Shown here: piece after piece, positions 52,203 to 64,000 of the stretch
Layout: each line of letters opens with the position of its first letter
Position numbering within the stretch: position 1 is the stretch's first letter
Assembly: GCA_964035545.1 (NCBI GenBank)
Contig: OZ037767.1
Coordinates: 16,672,581-16,736,580 of the forward strand
Direction of reading: 5' to 3'
Source: Bugula neritina
Taxonomy: Eukaryota > Animalia > Bryozoa
Length of the DNA stretch: 64,000 nucleotides
The notes under the pieces: generated by a model
Seen by the model: only the letters and a program-made list of their open reading frames with translations
What the model was told of the DNA's origin: nothing
The model's database searches: none
Position numbers and translations under genes: made by a program

Positions 52203-55200
52203 TTCCTAAATATCCTAGTGTATTTTAATTACTTTATTCATATACAATATATTGATATTTGCCTCAATACCAAATAAATAATAATTTCTATTAAATTTAT
52301 AAACTAGGGGAAAATGTTTCACAAAACACAGCAATAATAATTTATTCAAATATATCAATAATGCTTTAAAACAAAATAATAGTATTTTGATTAAATTTAT
52401 AATAAATATCAAATAAAATTAAATTATCAAGACAAGCCATTCCTTAGCAATCAACACTTTAATACAAATTATTCAACTACTAAGATTTTACTACAAGACA
52501 TATATTGGAGATTTGTGTTGAGAAGGAAAGCAGAGTTGACTATATATGATTTTTTTTGAATTCAAAAAGATTTATAATATACTGCTAATAACCTTTATTC
52601 ATTGATCCTAATCACCATATCACATTAATTAATGGGAAACAACTTCTATAGAGCGAATTAGTGAAAGACCATTTGGTTATTTTTGTATTTAAATTCAATT
52701 TATTCCTTCTGAATTCATGATATCTACATATATTCATATAATCTTTGTTTAAGGAAACAGGAAAGAAGAGTTCAAGGACATCAGAGACACACAGAGGTGT
52801 TCACAGAATATCTTTGGTGTTCTGTATTATAAATCTTCTCCTTTGGTTTTCCTTACTGGTCTACGGTGTATTTGAAGTATCAAGCTTGTACAGAGAAGTT
52901 GATAGTCTTACAGCTGCTACTAGAGAGAAACCATCTGTTGCGACCTTGACACAAACTAAACAGGAAGTAGAAGAAAAAATCACAGTGAGGCTCACAGAAG
53001 AGATAAGAAACATACGAAGAGAAAGTGAAAAAGAAAGAAAGAATTTAAAAAGAGAAACTAGACTATTACGAAAAAAGTTGCATTTACTTGAAACACAATA
53101 TGACAACTTTAAGAGATTTTGGACGGACATGGTGAAAAAGGTGATTTCTATAAAATATATTGTGTAATACAGATAGTTATTAAATAAAGCAGTTTACTCA
53201 CTTAGAATTGTCTTCACAAAATAATATATTGTATTGCTTACAGGTGCTGTTTTATGAGAATTATAAAGAGAAAAATGAGTGGATAACTCCAGTCAGTACT
53301 TCTGAACCAACTAGCACATCTGAACCAACTAGCATGGCAGAGCTGGGTAGTGGTGAAACTGAGCTGCATTTAACCAATGAGAGTGTCCGATACACACAAA
53401 GTTCAGCCAATAGAAACAGCTCTAAGACAGAAGAAGGGGACCCCACAGTTCTACTTCACACTTCATTTAAGAATATGGAGAGTTCTTTGGGCTATGATGA
53501 CACAGAGCTGCCTTTACCTGAGCAAATTGTTGAACTTCTAGGTAAATTATATAATATTTGTTATGTAATACCATATATGCGCTGGTATCAATTCAGTATG
53601 TTTTTTGTTTTGTCCAGGATTTATATTCTTTGTTTGTTTTGTTCAAGACTCATATAAATTATAATTTTATTCTGTTTCATAGCTTGCAGACAAGGACCAA
53701 TAGGTGAAAAAGGAGTTAGCGGAAAAGATGGACATCCAGGTGTTGATGGTGTGACTGGAGAGAAAGGAGAACCCGGCATTATGGGAAAGAAAGGAATGTC
53801 AGGAGATAAAGGAGAAAGTGGACTTCCTGGTTTTGATGGCAGAATTGGTAGTAAAGGAGAACCTGGTGCTGATGGAGAAGTTGGAGTGCCTGGAGCAAAG
53901 GGTGAACAGGGAGTTCCTGGAAATCATGGAGAAAAAGGAGCTCCCGGTAGAAACGGAGCCAACGGAGAAAAAGGAGTTCAGGGTTTGAAAGGTGATAAAG
54001 GTTTTCCTGGAAGGAATGGACTTCCTGGTGTAGATGGCATCGCTGGTAAAAAAGGAGATCCTGGTAGTTCTGGCTCAGCCGGCACACCAGGCTCAAAGGG
54101 TGATAGAGGGATGCCTGGAGAAAATGGAAGAAATTGAGCACCTGGTAACACTGGTGCTAAAGGAGAGCCAGGTCAACCTGGAGCTCAGGGAGACAAGGGA
54201 ATGATTGGTGAGAAGGGATCAAAAGGAATACAAGGACAGACTGGAGAAAGGGGAGTGACTGGCTTGAAGGGAGATTCTGGTAGAGCTGGTATTCAAGGAG
54301 TCAAAGGTGCAAAAGGTAATGAATTTAAATGCTTGTTCGATATTGGTTCTTGTTCAAGCCACAATTTAGTTTATTTAGTTTAGATGTACATTACATGTAA
54401 ATTATATCCTATGATACAACTTCAGCACACTATGCTCAAATAACTTTTTTTATAATTATTTAAAGGCAACAAAGGTTTGCCCGGAGAGAGCGGACTGCCT
54501 GGTGCAAATGGCATAGCTGGTGAAAAAGGAGAACCTGGTATTTCTGGCTCAGCCGGCACACCAGGATCAAAGGGTGATAGAGGGATGCCTGGAGAAAATG
54601 GAAGAAATGGCGCACCTGGTAACACTGGTGCTAAAGGAGAGCCAGGTCAACCCGGAGCTCAGGGAGACAAAGGAATGATTGGTGAGAAGGGATCAAAAGG
54701 AATACAAGGACAGACTGGAGAAAGGGGAGTGACTGGCTTGAAGGGAGATTCTGGTAGAGCTGGTATTCAAGGAGTCAAAGGTGCAAAAGGTAATGAATTT
54801 AAATGCTTGTTCGATATTGGTTCTTGTTCAAGCCACAATTTAGTTTATTTAGTTTAGATGTACATTACATGTAAATTATATCCTATGATACAACTTCAGC
54901 ACACTATGCTCAAATAACTTTTTTTATAATTATTTAAAGGCAACAAAGGTTTGCCCGGAGAGAGCGGACTGCCTGGTGCAAATGGCATAGCTGGTGAAAA
55001 AGGAGAACCTGGTATTTCTGGCTCAGCCGGCACACCAGGATCAAAGGGTGATAAAGGGATACCTGGAGAAAATGGAAGAAATGGAGCACCTGGTAACACT
55101 GGTGCCAAAGGAGATCCAGTTCAACCCGGAGCTCCGGGAGACAAGGGAATGATTGGTCAAAAGGGATCCAAAGGAATACAAGGACAGACTGGAGTAAAAG

Positions 55201-55829
55201 GAGTGACTGGATCGAAGGGAGATTCTGGTAGAGCTGGTAGTCCAGGAGTCAAGGGTGCAAAAGGTAATGACTAATGTGTCTTCAATACTGCTAATTGCAT
55301 AGCCAGCTATAACTTTATAGTTTAATTATAACTTTAGGCTAAATCACAGACTACATTTTCCATTATATTTCATATAATAAGTTTTTTAGTAGAATATATC
55401 ATTTAGTATACAGTCTACTATTCCACTAAATTTACCCTATTACAATGTTTTAGATCATACTACATAGTATATATTACTAGACCTAATAAATCATGTTACA
55501 TAACATTTTATTTTATAATACGTATAAGTTTGTATTTGATTAAGAAAGTACAAACCTTTCATTTATATTACTTAGTTGATTACTTTGCATTTTTGTTGTT
55601 TAGTGATTTTTATAGGATTGTAGCCTTACATATTTCTGCAGGTGACAAAGGAGTAAGAGGTCTAACTGGTGCTAGAGGAGCTCAGGGTGCCACTGGAAGG
55701 AAAGGAGACAAGGGATCAGTTAAAAGTAGCGGAGGAGAGGGAGGAGGGGGAGGAGGGAGAGGAGGGGGAGGAAGGGGAGGAGGGGGAGGAGGATCATGGG
55801 GAGGGGAGGATCATGGGGAGGGGGAGTAA
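52194..55829 (+). pseudogene. Copy 6: lectin-less transmembrane collagen with amplified collagen exons and a premature stop
   Basis: Exons 52194-52196, 52754-53140, 53244-53541, 53683-54315 (GGA>TGA at 54135-54137), 54466-54789, 54940-55263, 55642-55829 (Gly-rich tail). Confidence 0.8.
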
Positions 55830-57047
55830 GACCATTGAGAATAGGGGAACGAGAGCCCGAGCTGTTGAACCTACATGTATGAAAAATTTTAAATTTCTAG
55901 TGCTTGATATTAACCACATGTCACAACAGACAATGATTTAATTATATAGCTACAACTAACACAGATATGAGAGCAATGGGTTTATTTTAATTTTTATCAA
56001 ACTAATTAAACTATGTTAAAATAGTAGCTAATAATATTGTTAATACAACCGACATAATATTATTAAAGTTCCCAGCAAACTTAGCCATGTTAAATCTATA
56101 ACATATATGTGTAGATCTGTAATTCCAATACTCAAAGATTATCAATATATTATTATTTCAACAGAATGTCACATATATTCTTTTCTATGATGAGTTTCTT
56201 TTTAAACAATGAAAAAGCAAACTGGGAACACATTTCAATTTGTAGGCATGCTGAGCTGAGATTCGCCTAAAACTGTGCAATATATTTAGCTTGACTTTTA
56301 CTGAAATAAACAAAGTTTTAGAGACTGTTGAAGGGGCAGTATTAATATAATTATTATATTCTGTTAACAGGTATAATAATACATAATATATATACGTCAT
56401 TATAAAATTCACTAGCATTTCACTACTATTTCCAAAGAAAAACAAAGGGCATGCAATATGAAAAGTATAAGGAAATGTAAAACAGATATAGACAAAATAA
56501 AACTGGTATAGTGTCTTCTCTTTATGGCTTTCACTGAAATAAACAAGTGGATTGCACTTTAGTCACCGATAATGGGGTTATATTAATATAATTATACACC
56601 CATTGCATTCTGTTATTATAAGTTATAAAATATAATACATATTATTATTACAAAACTCACTGGCACTTCATAAATATTTTACTCCAACAAAACTCACTTC
56701 AAGAGTATATAATGTGCAACATGAAGTGAATGTATAACATTTTTCAGAATAATCGAAGCTTGTTTCTTCCTTTTTCCTGTGCTTTTTTATGTAAACAAAG
56801 CCTGTCTAGCTTTTATGACAATCAATTGTTTGTATATAACATAGTTGAGCTTTTAGAATTGCATGCAACTTTCTAGCATTTATTTATGCTGAATTTGCTT
56901 TTGAATTTAAGGCTATTCACTAATAAATAACTTAATTGCAATAATTTACCATCAATATTTTAATTGAGAGTTGTCAGAACATGTACTAACTCAAAAATTG
57001 TACAGCTATGCACAAATAGTATAACGCTGGAGCTAGTACAAATTGCA

Positions 57048-57162
57048 TGTTTGTTTGTTTGTTTGTTTTTATTTTGTCGCAGTCGGGGAAAAAATTAATT
57101 GAGAAAAAATAAACAAAATGAGAGGGCCTATGGCGCAATAGCACTGTAGCTAGTCGAGGCAC
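57048..57162 (-). mobile_element. 3'-terminal fragment of the same LINE family as 17640-19107
   Basis: Reverse complement matches 18994-19107 (cctcgactagctacagtgctattgcgccataggccct ... (CAAA)n). Confidence 0.85.
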
Positions 57163-57619
57163 CAAAGGTACAGAAGCTTTTAAAAGACTGTGAATATAAA
57201 GGGGTTGGAGATAAGTAATCACACTGTCATGCGTTGGGCTATCAATATTACAAATATGTTTGTTTTTCAAGACAAATTGATTTCCAATTCTTCCAAATAT
57301 ACACAACTGAAAAATGATTTCCACACCCCACAGGTACTAATTAGATGGATGGTCAATTATAACTAAAAGTACCACCTGAGAAATATTGTGTTTAATTTCA
57401 TATTTTTGTGAACATAACAAAACTGAGTGCCAAATCAGAAGTTTATTTAATACTGAATAGTATTTAGTTTAGAGTAAAGAATAGATGAACAGTGGGATAA
57501 TAATTAATGAAAAGTAAAAGAAATAGTAATTAATATAATACACATAGTTCAGTTATACGGAGTATTCATTAATACTGTGAGATTAATAGCACCAGGTTCA
57601 TTGGAACATGTAGATACAC

Positions 57620-60600
57620 TCAGGTAGAAGGCTGGTCGGGGGTGGAAGGTAGGGTACTCAGTCTATCACTACTGGCTGTTCCATCGAGGAGTGTAGTTGA
57701 CGGGGCGATGACATGCTGACTATTTCCGTCAGCTCCAGGTGAGGCACCCTGCAGAGGGACTGAAGATGAGTGGAACACAAGTATATATGAAAGAAGTAGA
57801 ATGTTAATATAACAGTACTACACCAACAAGGTAGCTTATGTATTGCCTATAGCACTTGTTTATAATACTTTTACCCAACAGAGTTCAAGACTTTACTGCA
57901 TCAAGTACCCAACAACACGCATCATCATAATTATCAGCAAAACCGATGAATTGCAAAAACCACCAGCAATGAGTGTAACAGCACGCTGGTTCTGATAAGA
58001 CTTTGGTCCCTAAGTGCACAGCACATGTGACATAGATACAACACACTAGAACCTGAGCTAACATACTTACAGATTTGATCAGCTTCCAGTCAAACACAGA
58101 GTCATACGTATAACCTAGTCTGTGAGATAATTTGCGAAACAGCTGACGAAGATGGGTGTAGTTGGGCTTGTCAGCGAACTTCAACGATCGACAAGAGGTT
58201 AGACAAGTTGCGAACTCGGCTACAGATTTAAAAGCAATATACGCATCCATTTGAACAAAACACAAAAATCATGAATATTCTGAAGTATAAGAGAATTATT
58301 AAGTGATTGGAAAGAATAAAAGAAAATTTAGCTAAAAATTTTTACTTACAAGGGAAACCTTTACATAACTCCTCTAATGGAGTGGATATTTTCTTGTCGA
58401 AAATATGTCTTTTAGCTGCTGCTTTGAGTCCCTGCCACGGTAAACGTCCTCTCAGAAAGTATATCAACATGTAGCCTAAGGACTCCATATCGTCTCTACG
58501 ACTTTGCTCTGTAAGGGAATAACTCACTATACGACAGGTGGTGTCACTATGTGACAGGTGGTGTCACTATATGACAGGTGGTGTCACTATATGACAGGTG
58601 GTGTCACTATATAACAGGTGATATCACTATATGACACATGGTGTCACTATATGCCAGGTGATGTCACTATATAACAAGCAGTGTCACTATATGACAAGTA
58701 GTGTCACTATATGACAGGTGGTGTCACTATATGACAACTTGTGTCACTACATAACAGGTACGTGTCACTATATAATGCTTATATCAATATATTACAAGAA
58801 AATGGTGTCCTCAACGCAAAAAAGTTAGAATAAAAAGTACTGTTATGATGGTATTCTGGAACTATACATACCGATACCAAGATGTGTGTTTAGACTGACA
58901 TATCTGGGTGTTCCAGCAAGGTTCTTGTTCTCTCTATAAGCAATATGCTCACGTGTCTTACTATCTCTATACTTCTTAGCTAAACCAAAGTCAATAACAT
59001 GTACTAGATTGTCTCTCTCTCCAAGTCCCATCAGGAAGTTGTCTGGCTTGACATCTCTGTGTAGGAAGTTTCTTGAGTGAATATATTCCACTCTGCTTAT
59101 CTACAATATATATAATTACTTATCTATAATATAATATATAGTTATTAATATATAATTATATAATATACAGTTACTAATATATAATTATATAATATACAGT
59201 TACTAGTATATAATATACAGTTACTAGTACATAATATACAGTTACTAGTATATAATATACAGCTACTAGTATATGATATACAGCTACTAGTATATAATAT
59301 ACAGTTACTAGGATATAATATACAGCTACTAGTATATAATTACATAATATACAGTTACTAGTATATAATATACAGTTACTAGTATATAATATACAGTTAC
59401 TAATATATAATATACAGTTACTAATATATAATATACAGTTACTAATATATAATATACAGTTACTAATATATAATATACAGTTACTAATATATAATATACA
59501 GTTACTAGTATATAATATACAGTTACTAGTATATAATATACAGTTACTAGTATATAATATACAGTTACTAATATATAATATACAGTTACTAATATATAAT
59601 ATACAGTTACTAATTTATAATATACAGTTATTACTCTATGGTATACAGTTATTAATATATAATATACAGTTACTAGTATATAATATACAATCACAAATAT
59701 ACATTACACAGTTACCAACCCTAGAATATATTATGCGAATACCAACTTTACTGAGTAGGTATATGCAGTAACAGCTAGTGCCTAATGCATGGCTATAAGT
59801 ATTATATATAAACTACTCAACTCAATGCTATAGTACCACATTGTTGAAGCATTCAACACCACTTGGTAAGTAACTAATAATCTCTTGCCTTATTACCCTA
59901 TGCAGTTTGAAATAACTGGAGACTAGACACAACACACAACTATTATACTATTTATTCACAGAACATCAGCATGGCATTACCATAACAGCTACCATATTCA
60001 TAAGCTCATTCCACTACCACCTCAACATGCCTAGAGAATGAGATAGTCATGTGACTTCTACATGATTAGTCATGTGACTTCTATATGACGAGATAGTCAT
60101 GTGACTAACCAGCTGATCAGCCAACAGTAAAACTGTCTTCAAAGAGAACTTCCTGTCGCAGTAGTTAAATAAATCTTCCAGACTCGGTCCGAGAAGCTCC
60201 ATCACCATTACTCTGTAATCACCCTCTATACCACACCATCTGATGGCCGGTATTCCCACTGTAACATACAAAAGTAGTATTTGGAGTTGTGTTAGCTTAT
60301 AATGCGTGTAGACTTGTTGCTTTGGGTTAGAGAAAATATCTACTAGTTTTTTGGTACACATAATCATTTTGAATTAACTTCCATTGTACTTACCACCCCC
60401 TCGCAGTATTTTATATATTTTACTTTCAATATGGAGTTGGGGGTGCTTCGATTTAACACATTCTAATTTCACACCAACCTCTTCCCCTGTTGAAACATCA
60501 GTGCCTATAAATTAGGAATAAAAAACTGTTGAATGAAGAACAAAAAGGTTATGTAACAAATTTTAACTTCTTACAGGGTGTTACAGTTGAGCAATCTGAC

Positions 60601-61038
60601 CTTATGTCTATCATAAAACATGTGTTAGGATAGTATTGGCTAGAATAATGGCAATGATACATATTCGTGATTAGTTATAGCCAGCTTAGAAATATAATAC
60701 ATGTTTGTGCGTAGAAAAAAATGTATTAAGACCAAGATTAAAACACACTGTTGATAGCTACACCTTGCCATACTAACTTGCAATCTTACTCCAAGAAACC
60801 GTAAATTGTGAAGGTTGCAAAATAAAGTTAAATTGCGTGTGATGGCAATGATGATAAATTATTTGAGTATAATGACAGGTGCAGTAATGGTTTGTGGTTT
60901 CTAATATCTCCATTACTGCACCTACCTCTAAAAAGACAGATTGTAGAAGTGTACAAACCAACCGAGGTAGATGTCTCCAAAAGATCCACTGCCAATTTTT
61001 TTGCCTAATCTGTATTTACTACCTACCCGTAGTTCCAT
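57620..61038 (-). CDS. CSNK1D/E-like: Casein kinase 1 delta/epsilon-like kinase, divergent paralogue (about 333 aa)
   Basis: Exons 61038-60963 ([26 protein letters not shown]), 60504-60394, 60258-60110 ([10 protein letters not shown]), 59100-58872 ([11 protein letters not shown]), 58508-58350 ([15 protein letters not shown]), 58219-58071, 57748-57620. GT-AG introns and an open frame. Confidence 0.93.
58524..58772. repeat. 20-bp minisatellite in a CK1 intron
   Basis: (gtgtcactatatgacaggtg)n, about 12 units. Confidence 0.95.
59110..59690. repeat. 21-bp minisatellite in a CK1 intron
   Basis: (tataatatacagttactagta)n. Confidence 0.95.
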
Positions 61039-61797
61039 GCCAGGAACTTAATGGGGTAGGATGGCTCACGCTTTTAGGAATGAAGAGACTGAAAGTATAT
61101 TATTTATTATTATATTATACTATTTATTTTTCTCATTTGCTCAAATCTGCTTAAGTTGTTAAGAGACTTAATTTGACTTCAATTTTTCTGTAAATGTAGC
61201 CTAAGCCTGAACTATGAATCATGAAATTTGAGTAGGTTAAACTTAATGTTATCCAATAAACTGACAAAGTTGATTTGCCCAAGAACCAGATTGAACAGTC
61301 ACTTAGCACTCATAAGTCATAGTCATACTGATACTAAACAAAATTAAAATGACAATCATAATCATATTGATAATCAATTTAATTTTTATCAAAACCAGTA
61401 ACACAATTACATTAATTATACAGATAATAATCATAATTATATTATTGTTATTAATATCTATATTAATATTATTGTAATGTCAATGAATATGATAATTCAT
61501 AAATTGATTAAATGATAATTGCTAATAGTAATACTAATAGCAATTGCAATTAATATTATATAACACATAAAATTTTAAAATTAAATTCAACAATTATCAA
61601 GTATTATTTTATTTATTAGCTGCAATAAAAATTATTATCAACTGGAATTTATAAAATTGGATGAAATGGCAATACTAGGATTAAGTGTGATAGTAACTAT
61701 AGATACCTGATCATTTTGTAAGACGTTAGAAAAAGCTCAGAGTATGGAGTGACTGACAGCAAGGTTTGCGAAAATATTACGTAGCCTAGGCCTATAG

Positions 61798-62959
61798 CAG
61801 GGTTGGGGTCAATTACATGTAAATGTAATTAATTACAATTACAATTACATGAAGATTTGTCAATTACAATTATAATTACAGTTAAAAATAAATGTAATTA
61901 ATTACAATTACAATTACATGGCAATGTAATTAATTACAATTACAATTACTTTTGTTCTCACAAGGAATAAATAGAAGTCACTTCTCGGGTCCAACTACCA
62001 GAGGCAATGTTGACAGTGGTGAACCTCTTTTGTTTTCTACAGGGATACTATTATGTCATTCCATACCAAATCAACCAACTTTCAAGGGGTCCCAAGTCTT
62101 TGTGTCTCAGATTTTGCTCATATTTACACTAAATGGACCTACACATGTTCAGATTACCATTCGTGAATATTTCTGGCCTGACACAAAAAAATTTTGAGAA
62201 ATTACTACTTTGGTGAACAAAGGTTGGAAAATATTTTGAGGAAAATTTGTGATTTATACTTTTAGACCAATTTATAAGTAATTTAAAATTTGATTAGGCG
62301 AGTATTTGAAATTTTTCAAAATTTACAAAGATTTGTTCATATTCAATGACTTTGCATATATGCACACAAAGTATTCTGTAGTATGTGTTGCTACTAGTGC
62401 AAATTGATAGGTATTATCAAATCACACAGCAAATTTTAAGGCTAAGTCTAGAAAATTGATTGAGATATAGACGTTTATAGATTAGTCTAAAAGTAGAAAT
62501 CACAAATTTTTCTCAAAATCTTTCTCAACCTTTGTCCACAAAAGTAGTCAGTTCTCAAAAAAAATTTGTGTCAGGTCAGAAATACTGAAGAAGAGTACAT
62601 GAGGCACAGGTAGGTCTGTTTGGTGTAAACATGAACAAAATCTGAGACGCAAATAGACGCGGGCAATTCGGTGAGCTGGCATGGAATGACCCTACTATAT
62701 TGACCTAACTATCTGAACTTGTTATTTAACAGTAGGCATTGTAGAAAAAGAAGGAGTTTTTTAAGATTTAAAAGTTTGAAGTAATTGACATGTAATTATA
62801 AAGTAATTGCAAAAATCAATTACATTAGATATGTAATTAATTACAATTACAATTACAATTACATTTTTAAACCTCAATTACAAATTACACTCAATTACTT
62901 GAAAAAATGTAATTAATTACAGCCAATTAAAATTACAAATTACAATTACCCCAACCCTG
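61798..62959. mobile_element. Non-autonomous hAT element with 8-bp TSD
   Basis: TIRs CAGGGTTGGGGT / ACCCCAACCCTG; TSD GCCTATAG at 61790-61797 and 62960-62967; subterminal (AATTAC)n arrays. Confidence 0.92.
62041..62692. mobile_element. Long-inverted-repeat MITE nested in the hAT element
   Basis: About 62055-62290 is an imperfect reverse complement of about 62460-62692 (gtcattccat / atggaatgac; ctcagattttg / caaaatctgag). Confidence 0.65.
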
Positions 62960-64000
62960 GCCTATAGTACTTCAATAAATCATTGCACTTCAAGTGACCA
63001 CGAACTCGGTGCTGCTTCAAGCAGTTTTTTTATCTCTATTGCGCGCGTCGCTGCTGAGTAATGACTAATGAGTATTGCAATACTGTTACTTCATTTTAGT
63101 TTAATTTTTTAATGAAAGTGTTGCCTATGTAAATTTGTTCTTTATTTTACAAAAAATCCATCTAAAGATTAAATAACAAAAAAATTGAATATAATTATCA
63201 AAATCGAACCAATTATTGCGGCACATTGTAGAGTTATCTTTTCTTCCCAAAATCTCCTATATGCTTTAGACTTTAGAGTATAGTAGCAGTAATAACAATG
63301 ATTTTCAAATTAGTGAATTTCATGAATATTTAATACAATATTTTGATGAATCAATGTATCTATAGAGCAATGATTCTCACAAGGAAGCCATAGCTGCCAA
63401 ATGTGAAGTAGAGGACAGTATCTATTAAATATAAAAAGCCTAGGCAGAGTGTCACTTGACAGTTTCATTTATTTTTATATACGCTTAGAAAAATATATAC
63501 CTATACGGGCTATATACAAAATATGCTCAACTATAATATATAGTATATGGCTGATTTATTAAACTGCATGTATCAGAATAACTGTTTTTATTTGTAATAT
63601 GGTAAGTAATCAGTATTCACCATCACATTAATGTTGGCATAGCCTAGTATATGAAATGACCATATTTTATGCAACGAGCAAAAAGTAAATGGCAAGTTTG
63701 TGAAAAAAGTTTTGTCTTAAATGTGACTGCTGCATTATTTAATAATAGGCTGTCTAGTGGGCTGTTTGTGTTAATGAAGATGCAATTTCTTCAGGGGAGA
63801 CTACACACTCTCTAGCTAGTGCTTTTTCACCAACATCAAAATAGTTAATCATGATTATTCATTTTGAATATTACATTATATACATACACACACATAGATG
63901 TTTTTTATATTATTCTAACTTGACTGCGAATCTAAAATTGTTTAATAAATATATTGTAAATTCACCAATTAAAAACAGCTTAGTAGTATGTTTTAAGAAA

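Noticed and set aside
58524-58772. CRISPR-like regular palindromic repeat
   Set aside because: Head-to-tail tandem units with no unique spacers, inside a eukaryotic intron.
59329-59694. ORF of VYYILVT repeats
   Set aside because: Translation of an intronic 21-bp minisatellite.
63599-63830. ATG|gtaagt and a downstream acceptor suggesting the start of another plus-strand gene
   Set aside because: No extended coding sequence within the window supports it.

Overview
AT-rich, intron-containing animal (invertebrate-like) genomic DNA. (1) A + strand tandem array of six paralogous genes for type II transmembrane collagens: ATG-only exon 1, short cytosolic N-terminus, TM helix, coiled coil, Ser/Thr stalk and long Gly-X-Y rod. 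Copies 1-3 end in a C-type lectin domain (collectin-12/class A scavenger receptor-like architecture). Copies 4-6 lack the lectin exons and end in short tails: basic RGD tails in copies 4 and 5, Gly-rich in copy 6. Copy 5 also has an RYKR furin consensus. Copies 3 and 5 are intact, and copy 1 is intact except that its exon 1 lies before the window. Copies 2, 4 and 6 have lesions. (2) A 17.4-kb insertion (28868-46312) inside the array, with an exact 8-bp target-site duplication, CAG...CTG termini and empty paralogous sites in the window. It has no recognisable transposase and carries a decayed multi-exon gene, nested repeats and a microsatellite, so it is a candidate giant cargo-carrying hAT-like element. 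(3) A 2340-bp tandem duplication built around a one-ended hAT/Charlie element. (4) An intact but divergent casein kinase 1 delta/epsilon-like gene on the - strand. (5) LINE fragments, a probable solo LTR, tRNA-derived SINE heads, MITEs and minisatellites. Gene models were read by eye from splice signals and paralogue comparison; there is no expression or database evidence.
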